From contig NZ_JAEUMO010000128.1 of NCBI RefSeq assembly GCF_016793285.1, forward strand, positions 3 through 64,002: DNA of 64,000 nucleotides. The letters are read 5' to 3'. The position numbers were made by a program, and so were the translations under genes. Shown piece by piece: positions 38,303 through 47,346 of the stretch. Position 1 is the stretch's first letter. Each line of letters starts with the position of its first letter. The DNA is from Phenylobacterium sp. (GTDB lineage Bacteria; Pseudomonadota; Alphaproteobacteria; Caulobacterales; Caulobacteraceae). The notes beneath the pieces are model-generated. The model saw only the letters and a program-made list of their open reading frames with translations. It had not been told where the DNA came from and ran no database searches.

Positions 38303-41300
38303 CTAGAAGTCGACCGTGGCGCCGACGAAGATGAACCGGCCCAGCGCGTCGTAGACCTGCGGCCAGGTGTTGCCGTTGCAGGGGCCGGTCGGGCAGTTCG
38401 ACGACCCGTTGAGCGGCGGGTCCTTGTCGAAGAGGTTGTTCACGCCGACGCGGACGGCGATGTTGTCGCGCATGGTCCAGCCGGCGGTCAGGTCGAAGTA
38501 GTCGCGGGCGCGCAGGACGCGGTCGGTCTCGTACTGCAGGCCGGTATTGTTGAGCTGCGGATCCGAGTCGTAGGCGTCGAGCTTCACCTTGTCGAAGTGG
38601 CGCCATTGCAGGGCCACCGAGACGTCCTTCATCCACTCCCCGTACTCCAGCGGCGTCTTCCAGGCGACGCGGAACTTGTGGCGCCATTTGGGGTTCGGCG
38701 ACGACAGGCCGCCCGAGACCGAACAGATCGTCCCGTACTTGCCGGCGCAGTTGAAGAAGGCGTCGCCCGGCAGCGACTGGACCGACAGGTCGTCGAGGAG
38801 GGTGCCGACGAAGTTGATGGTCACCGCGCCCATGTTCGAGAGCCCGATCGCGTCGAGGTCGGTGCGGTAGTTGGCGTTGAAGTCGAAACCCTTGGTGCGC
38901 AGGCCGCCGGTGTTCAGCGTGGTGTCGGTGACGAAGCCGTTGCTGGACAGCCAGATCGAGCCGGCCGCGTCGCGGTTGACCAGGTTGCAGAAGAACGGGT
39001 CGAGTGTCTGGACGCAGCGGTTGATGATGACGTCCGCGCCGATGCCCGAGATGTAGTCCTTCACCTTGATGTTGAAGTAGTCGACCGTGAAGTTGAACCC
39101 GGGCAGGAAGGTGGGCGTGAAGACCGCGCCCAGGGTGTAGGTGTCGGACGTCTCGGGATCGAGGTTCGGGTTGCCGCCGACCTGGCCGTTGTACTGGTTG
39201 GCCGGGTTGGCCTCGATGGCCAGCACCTGGGCCGTGGTCAGGCCGAACGCCTGGGCGCACCTCGCAACGAGAGGATTGCTGGCCGCAAGACCCGCGCAGG
39301 GGTCCTGCGTGCCGTCGAGCACCACGTTCTGCGGGCTGAACAGCTCCAGCACGTTCGGGGCCCGTACCGCGCGGTTGTAGCCCCCGCGCAGGCGCACACC
39401 GTCCACGATCTCCCAGTCGGCCGCCAGCTTGTAGGTCTCGGTCGTGCCGATCGAGGTGTAGTCCGAGTAGCGGAAGCCGAGCTCCAGCGAGAGCCGCTTG
39501 GCGAACGGCCGGTCGGTGACCAGCGGCACGCGGGCCTCGGCGAACAGCTCATAGACGTCGAAGGCGCCGTTGACCGGCGGCGCGGCGCCGCCCGCGCCGT
39601 TCAGGAGGCCGGCGCGCGAGACGAAGTCGGACGTGAAGTCCAGGTTCTCGCGGCGGTACTCGCCGCCGATCGCCACGCCCACGCCGTCCTCGGACCACGG
39701 GGACTTGATCCCGTAGTCGGTGAGGTCGCCGGCGATGGAGACGTTGGCCACGCGCTCGACGGTGTTGCCCTTGGTGAAGCTGGGGGTCTCCAGGTAGTCC
39801 AGCGCGGCGCGGGTCACGCCCCCGTTGGCCCAGATGTTGTAGGGCACGCAGGCCGCGTCCGAGCCGGTGACGACCGACTGACAGACCGGCTGGCCGGCGG
39901 CGTTGCGCACGACGAACAGCGAGTTCTGGATCCGCGCAGTCTGGAAGAAGCCGCCCGTCTCGCCGCTGAAGCCGACCTTTCCGTATTGCAGATAGGCGTC
40001 GTAGCTCCAGGCCTCGTTGAGCTGGCCGCGGAGGCCGACCACGAAGCGGTAGTCGGTATGGGTGAAGGTGGTGGTCCGGCCGCCGCCTTCGACGTTGCGG
40101 CGCGCGATGGTCATCGAACGGATGGCCGGCGTGCCCGCGTCGGCGCCGCAGAGCAGGTTGAGCTGCTGGGCCGACGCCAGCGCGTTGTTGCAGTTGATCG
40201 AGAACGTGCCGGCGAAGATGCCGCCCGGCGCGATCTGGGCCGTCGACACGTCGTCCATGAACATCAGGTCGGCATAGGCCTCGGCCCACGGCGCGACCTC
40301 GTAGCGGGCGAAGGCGCCCATGCCGTAGCGCTCGTCCGGACGCATGTAGAAGTTGGTCGGGCCGAAGTTGTAGACGTCGCGGGCGGCGACGCGGGGCCGG
40401 AACTGCTGGGTCGGCGAGGTGACGTCGACCACGAAGTTGCCGAAGCGCGCCGGGAAGGCCGTGCCGGAGCCGCCGCAGCCGGCGGCCGCGAAGGTGGCCC
40501 CCGAGTTCAGCGTGCAGGCCGAATAGTCGCGGTCGCCCTGCAGGACGGCGTTGTTCTGCCGGTAGAAGGCGTAGGCGGTGATGTTGCCCTTGTCGTCGGG
40601 ACTGTTCGTGCCGAGCACCAGGGTGACCTGGGCGCCCTCGCCGTCGCGGACGTTCTTCCTCGGCAGGGCGAACAGCTCGGGCGTCGGCGAGGTCGCCGCC
40701 TTGGCGCGGACCACGTCGGCGACGGCGTTGCCGTTGTCGTGCTGATAGATCGAGTACTGCGCGTCGACGCGCACGCCCTCGAAGTTCTTGGTCATGATGA
40801 AGTTGACGACGCCGCCCACGGCGTCGGCGCCGTACACCGCCGACGCGCCGCCGGTCAGCACGTCGACGCGCTCCACCAGGGCCGAGGGGATGAAGTTCAC
40901 GTCGGCGCCCAGCCCCGCCGGCGTCGAGGCCGGGTCGCCCGGCATCAGGCGGCGGCCGTCGATCAGCACGAGGGTGCGCGAGACGCCCAGGCCGCGCAGG
41001 TTCAGCGTCGCGGTGCCGGTGGCGCCGTTGGAGATCGACGAGCCCTGCGCCGCGAAGGCCTGCGGCAGGCTGTTGATCATGTCCTCGACCCGGGTGACGC
41101 CCTGCGCCTTGATCTCGGCGGCGGTCACGGCGGTGACCGGCGACACGCTCTCCAGGTTGGGCGACGGGATGCGGGTGCCGGTGACGACCACCTCGGACAC
41201 CTCGTCGTCGCCGGCCGTGGTCTGGGCCAGCGCGGGCGTGACGGTCAGCGCGACCCCACAGATCATCGAAGACGCCAGGAGGCGCGCGCGTACGGTTTGC

Positions 41301-41314
41301 TTTCTCACGGTCAA
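38303..41314 (-). CDS. TonB-dependent outer-membrane receptor (1003 aa)
   Basis: It has a signal peptide ending TPALAQ and a TonB-box/plug region (EVVVTGTRIPS...VEDMINSLPQA...NLRGLGVSRTLVLIDGRR). The terminal barrel strand ends FIFVGATVDF. The start codon is TTG at 41314. Confidence 0.92.
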   Translation of the reverse strand: MTVRKQTVRARLLASSMICGVALTVTPALAQTTAGDDEVSEVVVTGTRIPSPNLESVSPVTAVTAAEIKAQGVTRVEDMINSLPQAFAAQGSSISNGATGTATLNLRGLGVSRTLVLIDGRRLMPGDPASTPAGLGADVNFIPSALVERVDVLTGGASAVYGADAVGGVVNFIMTKNFEGVRVDAQYSIYQHDNGNAVADVVRAKAATSPTPELFALPRKNVRDGEGAQVTLVLGTNSPDDKGNITAYAFYRQNNAVLQGDRDYSACTLNSGATFAAAGCGGSGTAFPARFGNFVVDVTSPTQQFRPRVAARDVYNFGPTNFYMRPDERYGMGAFARYEVAPWAEAYADLMFMDDVSTAQIAPGGIFAGTFSINCNNALASAQQLNLLCGADAGTPAIRSMTIARRNVEGGGRTTTFTHTDYRFVVGLRGQLNEAWSYDAYLQYGKVGFSGETGGFFQTARIQNSLFVVRNAAGQPVCQSVVTGSDAACVPYNIWANGGVTRAALDYLETPSFTKGNTVERVANVSIAGDLTDYGIKSPWSEDGVGVAIGGEYRRENLDFTSDFVSRAGLLNGAGGAAPPVNGAFDVYELFAEARVPLVTDRPFAKRLSLELGFRYSDYTSIGTTETYKLAADWEIVDGVRLRGGYNRAVRAPNVLELFSPQNVVLDGTQDPCAGLAASNPLVARCAQAFGLTTAQVLAIEANPANQYNGQVGGNPNLDPETSDTYTLGAVFTPTFLPGFNFTVDYFNIKVKDYISGIGADVIINRCVQTLDPFFCNLVNRDAAGSIWLSSNGFVTDTTLNTGGLRTKGFDFNANYRTDLDAIGLSNMGAVTINFVGTLLDDLSVQSLPGDAFFNCAGKYGTICSVSGGLSSPNPKWRHKFRVAWKTPLEYGEWMKDVSVALQWRHFDKVKLDAYDSDPQLNNTGLQYETDRVLRARDYFDLTAGWTMRDNIAVRVGVNNLFDKDPPLNGSSNCPTGPCNGNTWPQVYDALGRFIFVGATVDF

Positions 41315-41546
41315 AATCCCCTCGGCGGCTCCCGCAGGCGGCGGGTCCGCATCCCCACTGAAGGTTTCGGCCCTGCGTGACAGGACCCGGTGACAGGCAG
41401 TTACGTTCGCGTCACAAAGGGGGTCAATCGACGCTCAAGCAACGGTCGATGCCGGGAAAGCAACACCTCGGACGATGGCATGAAATCGCGGATTCCACAG
41501 AAATTTTCGATGATTCGGATCCGGATTTTTTCTATCCGTGTGGTGC

Positions 41547-41583
41547 GGAAAACACAGATCACGCTTGAGGAAGCAGCGTGATC
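41547..41583 (-). terminator. candidate intrinsic terminator at the end of the ArsR gene
   Basis: GATCACGCT (41557-41565) and AGCGTGATC (41575-41583) form a 9-bp stem with a 9-nt loop. On the minus strand the stem is followed by TGTGTTTTCC. Confidence 0.4.
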
Positions 41584-41870
41584 GCCACTGTCGTCAGCGC
41601 TACGTCGAAGTAGCGGCGCAGGATCGTCAGCGACTGCGGTCGCACCGCCGCCTGGCGCTGGCGCCGGTCGATCAGTCCCGCCGCGGCCAGCACCGACAGG
41701 TGGTGGCTCACGTTCACGCGCGGCAGGCCCAGGCGGCGCGCCAGGTCGCCGGCCGATGCGGGCGCCGCGACCAGCATCTCCAGGATCCGCCGACGCGTCG
41801 GGTCCGCCAGCGCGCGGAACATCGCGGCGGGGGCCTCCGTCGCCCGGCTGAGCCAGGGCGGGTCCTCCAT
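41559..41870 (-). CDS. ArsR/SmtB family transcriptional regulator
   Basis: It has FRALADPTRRRILEML...AGDLARRLGLPRVNVSHHLSVLAAAGLI, the classic ArsR winged helix. Confidence 0.85.
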   Translation of the reverse strand: MEDPPWLSRATEAPAAMFRALADPTRRRILEMLVAAPASAGDLARRLGLPRVNVSHHLSVLAAAGLIDRRQRQAAVRPQSLTILRRYFDVALTTVAITLLPQA

Positions 41871-41885
41871 CGGGGCCTCCTGGAT

Positions 41886-42245
41886 TCAGGCGCTCCGCGC
41901 GCGCGGCGCGGCGGGTTCGGCCCCCAGGGCCTGGAGGCGGCGCGAGACGGCGAAGCGCTCGCGCAGCCAGCCTTCGCCGACCGACGCCTCGAACCACAGC
42001 CGGTCGAAGTAGGTGCGCAGGTGCGGCAGCGGATCGAGGGCGGCCACGAGGAGGCCCTCCTCCTCGCGCACCAGGCCGGCGTCCTTCAGCACCCGCACAT
42101 GGTGGCTGACCGCGGGGCGCGTCACCGCGACGGCGGCGGCCAGGGCGTTGATCCGCGAGGGCCGCGCCAGGATGCGCTCGTAGAGGTCGCGGCGGGTGGG
42201 GTCGCCCAGGGCGTCGAGCGCCGGGCCGATGGCGGCGTCGGTCAT
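41886..42245 (-). CDS. ArsR/SmtB family transcriptional regulator (paralog)
   Basis: This is the tail of ORF 41886..43271 from ATG 42245. It has LDALGDPTRRDLYERIL...INALAAAVAVTRPAVSHHVRVLKDAGLV. Confidence 0.8.
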   Translation of the reverse strand: MTDAAIGPALDALGDPTRRDLYERILARPSRINALAAAVAVTRPAVSHHVRVLKDAGLVREEEGLLVAALDPLPHLRTYFDRLWFEASVGEGWLRERFAVSRRLQALGAEPAAPRARSA

Positions 42246-43177
42246 CGTGACGCCCCCGCCGCGCGCAGCGGCTGCACGGTCGCGCCGCCCCCCAGCGGGT
42301 TGGCCACCGGCGGGCTGGCCCGCAGCAGGCTGACGAAGCGGCGGAGCGCCGGGTTGTCGTGGTCGCCCAGCCAGGCTGCGGTCAAGCGCAGCGACGCGGC
42401 CGGTCCCGGCAGCGGCGAAAAGGCCACGGCGGCGCGGGTCGACTGCGCCACGCTCTGCGGCACGACCGCATGCCCGGCGCCGGCGGCCACGAGGCTCAGC
42501 ACGCCGTCGTGGGAGGTCATCTGCACACGCACGCCCGCGCGCGCGCCGCCGCGCTCGGTGACCAGCCGCCGGATGCGGCCCCAGTCGTCGCCGGCGGCGC
42601 AGAGGACCGGCGCGGCGCCCAGGGCGTCCTCGGGACTCTCCAGCGGCCGCGCCACGAGCCACGGCTCGGCCCAGAGCGTGAGGCGGTCGAGGCCAGGCGG
42701 CGCATCGTCGGCGTCGATCAGCACGGCGTCGAGCTCGCGATCCAGCAGCGCGGCCACGAGTTCTGCGGCTGAGCCCGCGCGGAGTTCGAGCTCCACGCTC
42801 TCGGCCGAACGGCGATAGGCGCGCAGCAGCGTCTCGGCGGGGCCGGCCGTCACCGGCCAGACATGGCCCAGGCGCAGGCGGCCCACCTCTCCGCGGCCGG
42901 CCGCCCCGGCGCGGACGGCGGCCCTGGCCAGCAGCTCGAGGGCGCGTTCGACCTCGCTGAGGAACCGCTCGCCGGCGCCGGTGGGCCGCGCCCCGCCCGG
43001 CGAACGCTGGAAGAGCGAGACGCCCAGCGCGTCCTCGAGCGCCAGCACCCGGCGCGACAGCACCGACGGGTTGACGCCCAGCACCTCCGACGCGCGCCGG
43101 AAGCCCAGATGCTCGCGCACCATGAGCGCCGAGCGCAGGGCCGCGATGTCCTGCGCCGCTGTCGCCTCGCGCCTCAT
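42242..43177 (-). CDS. LysR family transcriptional regulator
   Basis: It has an N-terminal HTH (LRSALMVREHLGFRRASEVLGVNPSVLSRRVLALEDALGVSLFQR) and a substrate-binding-like C-terminal domain. Confidence 0.88.
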   Translation of the reverse strand: MRREATAAQDIAALRSALMVREHLGFRRASEVLGVNPSVLSRRVLALEDALGVSLFQRSPGGARPTGAGERFLSEVERALELLARAAVRAGAAGRGEVGRLRLGHVWPVTAGPAETLLRAYRRSAESVELELRAGSAAELVAALLDRELDAVLIDADDAPPGLDRLTLWAEPWLVARPLESPEDALGAAPVLCAAGDDWGRIRRLVTERGGARAGVRVQMTSHDGVLSLVAAGAGHAVVPQSVAQSTRAAVAFSPLPGPAASLRLTAAWLGDHDNPALRRFVSLLRASPPVANPLGGGATVQPLRAAGASR

Positions 43178-43689
43178 CGGGCCGCCCCTGCGCCGACGGG
43201 GGCGCCGATCGGGGCGCTACGGCTGAGCACGAAGGCGATGGCGTAGGCCACGCCGACATGTGCCCCGACATCCAGCACGGACGGCATGCCGTCCCAGGCG
43301 CCCGCGCCCGCCCACCGGAGCGGCAGGACCACGCGGTACATGATCCCGTAGAGGATCAGGCCGTAGACCGGCGCGGCGGCCCACCAGAGCCGGTAGAGGA
43401 CCGGGAAGCGTCGCGCCGCCAGCGCGTAGGTCGCCGCCATCGCTGTGGCGATGCAGAAATGGGTGAGGATGCCCAGCGCCGGCGCCCAGGCCGCGTCGCG
43501 CGCGGCCTTGCCGATCCAGCCCGACGCCACCGAGCGCCACGGCATGTCCCACGCCCGCCCCTTCGAGAGCGCCATGACGATCGGATAGACGAAGTCGACC
43601 GCGCCGCCCGCGAGGCCGGCGACGAGCACGCGCGCCAGACGGTCTCGGGCCGGGACGGGAAGGCCGGGAGAGGCGGCGGCGATGGTCAT
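43174..43689 (-). CDS. hypothetical integral membrane protein (about 4 TM segments)
   Basis: I trimmed ORF 43174..43764 to ATG 43689. It has hydrophobic segments (VLVAGLAGGAVDFVYPIVMAL, ALGILTHFCIATAMAATYALAA, AAAPVYGLILYGIMY). It overlaps the LysR start by 4 nt. Confidence 0.6.
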   Translation of the reverse strand: MTIAAASPGLPVPARDRLARVLVAGLAGGAVDFVYPIVMALSKGRAWDMPWRSVASGWIGKAARDAAWAPALGILTHFCIATAMAATYALAARRFPVLYRLWWAAAPVYGLILYGIMYRVVLPLRWAGAGAWDGMPSVLDVGAHVGVAYAIAFVLSRSAPIGAPVGAGAAR

Positions 43690-43835
43690 GCTGGCGATCC
43701 TCGGGTGACGACTGGACGGTGCGACGGAGGCCCTGCCGCCGTCGCGCACGTTCGGAGGGCGCAAAGCACGTTCGGATGATGACGTGGCGACAGCCCCCGG
43801 TTGCGCTTTGACATGCCCGCGGTTCTGGCGCTCGT

Positions 43836-44711
43836 TTGGCGCCCCAGAGCGTACCGATGACCTATCCGTTCAAGTTCACCCACGCCGGCGAGCCGACGCT
43901 GACCCTCGGGAGAGGCCGCGAATGGGGGCCGCTGGCGGCGCGGGAGATCCACGCGACGCCGGGCCGCTATCCCGGCACGGTGATGACGGACCACCGGGTG
44001 GTCTTTTACCTGACGCCATCGGTGCCCACCGACTGCGTGTGCGAAGGCGTCGGCCACTGGCGCATCGGCCAGCCCAGCGACTTCGACCTCGTGCCCGGCG
44101 GCGCGGACGGGTTCTGGGAGGACCACATCGCCTGCGACATGGTCTCGGTCCGCCTCGCGCCGTCGCTGATCGCCTCGACCGCCGACGCGCTGGGCCTCCC
44201 CGCCGACCGGGCCAACCTCGTCCCCAAGATCGGCGCCCGCGACCCGCTGGTCGAGCATGTGGTCCACGCGCTGCTGGCCGAGTTGCGCGCGCCCGCGCCC
44301 GCCGGGCGCATCTACGCCGACAGCCTGGCGACCGCCCTGACCACGCGGCTGCTGCAGAGCTTCGCGCCGGTGGGCGCCGCGGGCTGCCAGACCCTGTCCA
44401 AGCCGCAACTGCGTCGACTGGTGGAGTTCGTCGAAGCCAACCTCGACGGCGACCTCGGCCTGGAGCCGCTCGCCGACGTGGCCGGCATGAGCGTGCCGCA
44501 TCTGACCACCCTGTTCCGCCGCACCATGGGCCAGTCGGTCCACGCCTACGTGATGGAGCGCCGCGTCGAGCGCGCCCGGGCGCTGCTGCTGGAACGCAAG
44601 GCGAGCATCTCGGCGGTGGCGCTGGAGACCGGCTTCGCGCACCAGAGCCACCTCGCCCGCTGGATGCGCCGCCTCCTGGGCGTCACGCCCTCGGAAGTCC
44701 TGAAAGCCTGA
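43836..44711 (+). CDS. AraC family transcriptional regulator
   Basis: It has the C-terminal double HTH (LEPLADVAGMSVPHLTTLFRRTMGQSVHAYVMERRVERARALLL...VALETGFAHQSHLARWMRRLLGVTPSEV). The start could instead be the ATG at 43857. Confidence 0.85.
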   Translation: MAPQSVPMTYPFKFTHAGEPTLTLGRGREWGPLAAREIHATPGRYPGTVMTDHRVVFYLTPSVPTDCVCEGVGHWRIGQPSDFDLVPGGADGFWEDHIACDMVSVRLAPSLIASTADALGLPADRANLVPKIGARDPLVEHVVHALLAELRAPAPAGRIYADSLATALTTRLLQSFAPVGAAGCQTLSKPQLRRLVEFVEANLDGDLGLEPLADVAGMSVPHLTTLFRRTMGQSVHAYVMERRVERARALLLERKASISAVALETGFAHQSHLARWMRRLLGVTPSEVLKA

Positions 44712-44794
44712 TCTCCGGCGCGGCCCGGCCACGATGGGCCTCCTTGACAGCGTCCGCCCGGGGTCAATTCTGCGGGCCAGCGGCGTGCGTCGCC

Positions 44795-45286
44795 ATGAGC
44801 AAGACGGCGGCGGAGCATGGCGGAATGACTGAAAATCCGTCCGAGCATAGGCAAACCGGCGGTGTGCGCGACGCGATCGACGAGAAGCTCGTCGCGCTCC
44901 TGAGCGCCGACGCGCGCATGACGCTGACCGCGCTGGCCCGGGCGCTCGCGCTCTCCCGTACAGCCGTCCAGGCCCGGATGGCCCGGCTGGAGCGGGACAG
45001 GGTGATCCTCGGCTACCGCGCTGTGGTCGCGGAGCGCGACGAGGAGACGCTGCAGGCCGTGCTGACGCTGACGTTCAGCCGGCGGCCGTGCCTTCCGGTC
45101 GTTCGCACGTTCCGCCACTGGCCGGAGATCCGGGAATATTTCTCTGTCACCGGGCCGAACGACGCGGTGCTGATCGTCCGGGTCGGCGACGCCCACGCCC
45201 TGTCGGCCCTGGTGGACCGGCTGAGCGCCGTGGCCGGCGTGGCCTCGGTGCAGTCGGCGGTGGTGCTGCGGACGGAACTCGATTGA
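44795..45286 (+). CDS. Lrp/AsnC family transcriptional regulator
   Basis: This is the tail of ORF 43784..45286. It has the HTH region IDEKLVALLSADARMTLTALARALALSRTAVQARMARLERDRVILGY and a RAM-like C-terminal domain. The start is ATG 44795 or ATG 44825. Confidence 0.82.
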   Translation: MSKTAAEHGGMTENPSEHRQTGGVRDAIDEKLVALLSADARMTLTALARALALSRTAVQARMARLERDRVILGYRAVVAERDEETLQAVLTLTFSRRPCLPVVRTFRHWPEIREYFSVTGPNDAVLIVRVGDAHALSALVDRLSAVAGVASVQSAVVLRTELD

Positions 45287-45375
45287 GGCCCGCCGTTCCG
45301 CCCGCGCGGCGTTGATCGAGCGCAGGGCGGGGCGGCGACGCCGGGAGCAATGAAGCGGCAAGGAGGCGCAAAGCC

Positions 45376-45759
45376 ATGATGGAGTTGTTGAGCGCGCCGG
45401 ATCAGGTGCTGGCCTGCCGCGTGTCCGGGAAGCTGGACGCGCAGGACTTCGACCGCATGGTCGAGGCGTTGGATGCGAAGCTGGCGGCGCACGAACGCGT
45501 CGGGGTCTTTGCCGACATGACCGGGTTCGAGACGATGACCGCCGAAGCCCTGATGAAGGACCTTCGCTACAACCTGACCCGGATCGGCCAGTGGAGCCGC
45601 TTCCCCCGCGTCGCGGTGGTCACCGAGGAACCCTGGCTGAAGGCCTGGATGCAGATCCTCGATCCGATCTTCCCGCAGTTCGAGGCGCGCGTCTTCAAGC
45701 CGGGCGAGACGGAGGCGGCGATCCGCTGGGCGGCCGAATTCCCGCCGGTCAGGTCTTGA
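45376..45759 (+). CDS. STAS/SpoIIAA-like (DUF3478-type) protein
   Basis: The 127-aa product has a pattern I recall from STAS/SEC14-like DUF3478 proteins (LACRVSGKLDAQDFDRM...FADMTGFETMTAEALMKDLRYNL...RVAVVTEEPW). Confidence 0.65.
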   Translation: MMELLSAPDQVLACRVSGKLDAQDFDRMVEALDAKLAAHERVGVFADMTGFETMTAEALMKDLRYNLTRIGQWSRFPRVAVVTEEPWLKAWMQILDPIFPQFEARVFKPGETEAAIRWAAEFPPVRS

Positions 45760-46567
45760 TCTTGTAGCCGACCCTGAACATCCACAGGCACGTCCAGCCC
45801 AGGCCTAGCACCAGCACGCCGGTCATGATCGCGCCGATGGCGAGGTTGCTCTCCGCCTGGCCGATGAAGCCGTAGCGGAAGCCGTCGATCAGGTAGAAGA
45901 AGGGGTTGTAGTGGCTGGCCGTGCGGAAAGGCTCGGGCAGGCGCTCGACGAGGTAGAAGGTCCCCGACAGGAACGTCATCGGCATGATGACGAAGTTGGT
46001 GACCGCGGCCATGTGGTCGAACTTCTCGGCCCATAGCCCGGCCATGATGCCGATGAAGCCCATGATCAGCGCCGCGCCGACGCCGAAGTAGAGGATCGCC
46101 CAGACATGGGCGACCGGCAGGGCGGCGAAGGGCAGGATGGCGACCAGGCTGACCAGGCCCACCACGATGCCGCGGGTGGCGGCGCCGGCGCCGAAGCCGA
46201 TCATCTGCTCCAGGGCCGACAGCGGCGGGGTCACGAAGTCGCCCATCAGCCCGTTGAACTTCGCCTGCAGCAGCGAAGACGAGGAGTTGGCGAAGGCGTT
46301 CGACAGGATCTGCATCATGATCAGGCCCGGCGCCACGAAGGTCCCGTAGTGGACGCCATGCACGTCGCGACCGCCCCCCACCGCGACCACGAACACCAGC
46401 ATGTAGAGGAGCGCGGTCACCACCGGCGCCGCCAGCGTCTGCATGCCGACCTTCCAGAAGCGCTGGATCTCCCGGATGTAGAGGGTCTTCAGACCCTCCC
46501 AGTTGATCCCGTGGTACGCCCGCGGCAGCGGCGGCAGGACAGCTTCCTCGATCGGCATATCTCGCAT
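45749..46567 (-). CDS. ABC-2 type transporter permease (NodJ-like)
   Basis: I trimmed ORF 45749..46771 to ATG 46567 (MRDMPIEE...). It shows about six hydrophobic segments and FLSGTFYLVERLPEPFRTASHYNPFFYLIDGFRYG, typical of ABC-2 permeases. Confidence 0.82.
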   Translation of the reverse strand: MRDMPIEEAVLPPLPRAYHGINWEGLKTLYIREIQRFWKVGMQTLAAPVVTALLYMLVFVVAVGGGRDVHGVHYGTFVAPGLIMMQILSNAFANSSSSLLQAKFNGLMGDFVTPPLSALEQMIGFGAGAATRGIVVGLVSLVAILPFAALPVAHVWAILYFGVGAALIMGFIGIMAGLWAEKFDHMAAVTNFVIMPMTFLSGTFYLVERLPEPFRTASHYNPFFYLIDGFRYGFIGQAESNLAIGAIMTGVLVLGLGWTCLWMFRVGYKIKT

Positions 46568-46842
46568 CGTCCCCGTGTGCGCCGGGAAGGCGGACCGCGC
46601 AAGGCTTCGCCCCTCCGGCGGCCCCTCCGCTCGCTGAGCGGGGCCGGCCCCGCACGGTGAGCGAACGCAGAGGACTGCCCCTACATCTAGTTCCTGTGGA
46701 TGGAAGCGATGGCGCCTATTGTGGCCGTTATCGAGTTGTTTACTACTGATAGTGGTTGGTGAGGGACACAAACGTCCGCCGCCACAAGATGTTGATCCCG
46801 GGTCGTGGGGACGGCTTCGGGACCTCTGGTTGGGAGGGATCC

Positions 46843-47346
46843 ATGGGCTGGACCGACGAGCGCGTCGAACTTCTGAAGAAGCTCTGGCAGGACGGTCTTT
46901 CGGCCAGCCAGATCGCCAAGCAATTGGGGGGCGTCACCCGCAACGCGGTGATCGGCAAGGTGCATCGCCTGGGCCTCTCGGGCCGGGCCACGCCGTCCAA
47001 GCCCCAGCGCACCACCTTCAAGGCCCCGCGTCCGGCGCGGGCGCTGACCCACGCGCCGGCCGCGCCCCGCCGCATCGCCGAGCCGGTGACGGCTCACGCC
47101 GCGCCGACCCCCGTCCGCTATGTCGACGAGACGCCCGGGACGGCGACCGTGCTGACCCTGGGCGCGCACATGTGCAAGTGGCCGATCGGCGATCCCGCCC
47201 TCGACAACTTCACCTTCTGCGGCCGCCGCTCGGAAGAGAATGGCCCCTACTGCCACGAGCACGCCACGGTGGCCTACCAGCCCGCCCAGGCGAAGAAGAA
47301 GTCCAGCGCCGCCGAGCTCGCCCGGAGCCTGCGCCGCTACATCTGA
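46843..47346 (+). CDS. gcrA: cell-cycle transcriptional regulator GcrA
   Basis: I trimmed the ORF to ATG 46843. It shows MGWTDERVELLKKLWQDGLSASQIAKQLGGVTRNAVIGKVHRLGLSGR and a C-terminal MCKWPIGDP...FCG...YCHEHA, which are hallmark GcrA segments. Confidence 0.9.
   Translation: MGWTDERVELLKKLWQDGLSASQIAKQLGGVTRNAVIGKVHRLGLSGRATPSKPQRTTFKAPRPARALTHAPAAPRRIAEPVTAHAAPTPVRYVDETPGTATVLTLGAHMCKWPIGDPALDNFTFCGRRSEENGPYCHEHATVAYQPAQAKKKSSAAELARSLRRYI

Noticed and set aside
41377-41581. Two small plus-strand ORFs (63 aa each) in the AT-richer gap upstream of the TonB-dependent receptor.
   Set aside because: They have no SD, odd composition and mutual overlap, and they lie in what is most simply the promoter/leader of the receptor gene and the terminator of the ArsR gene.
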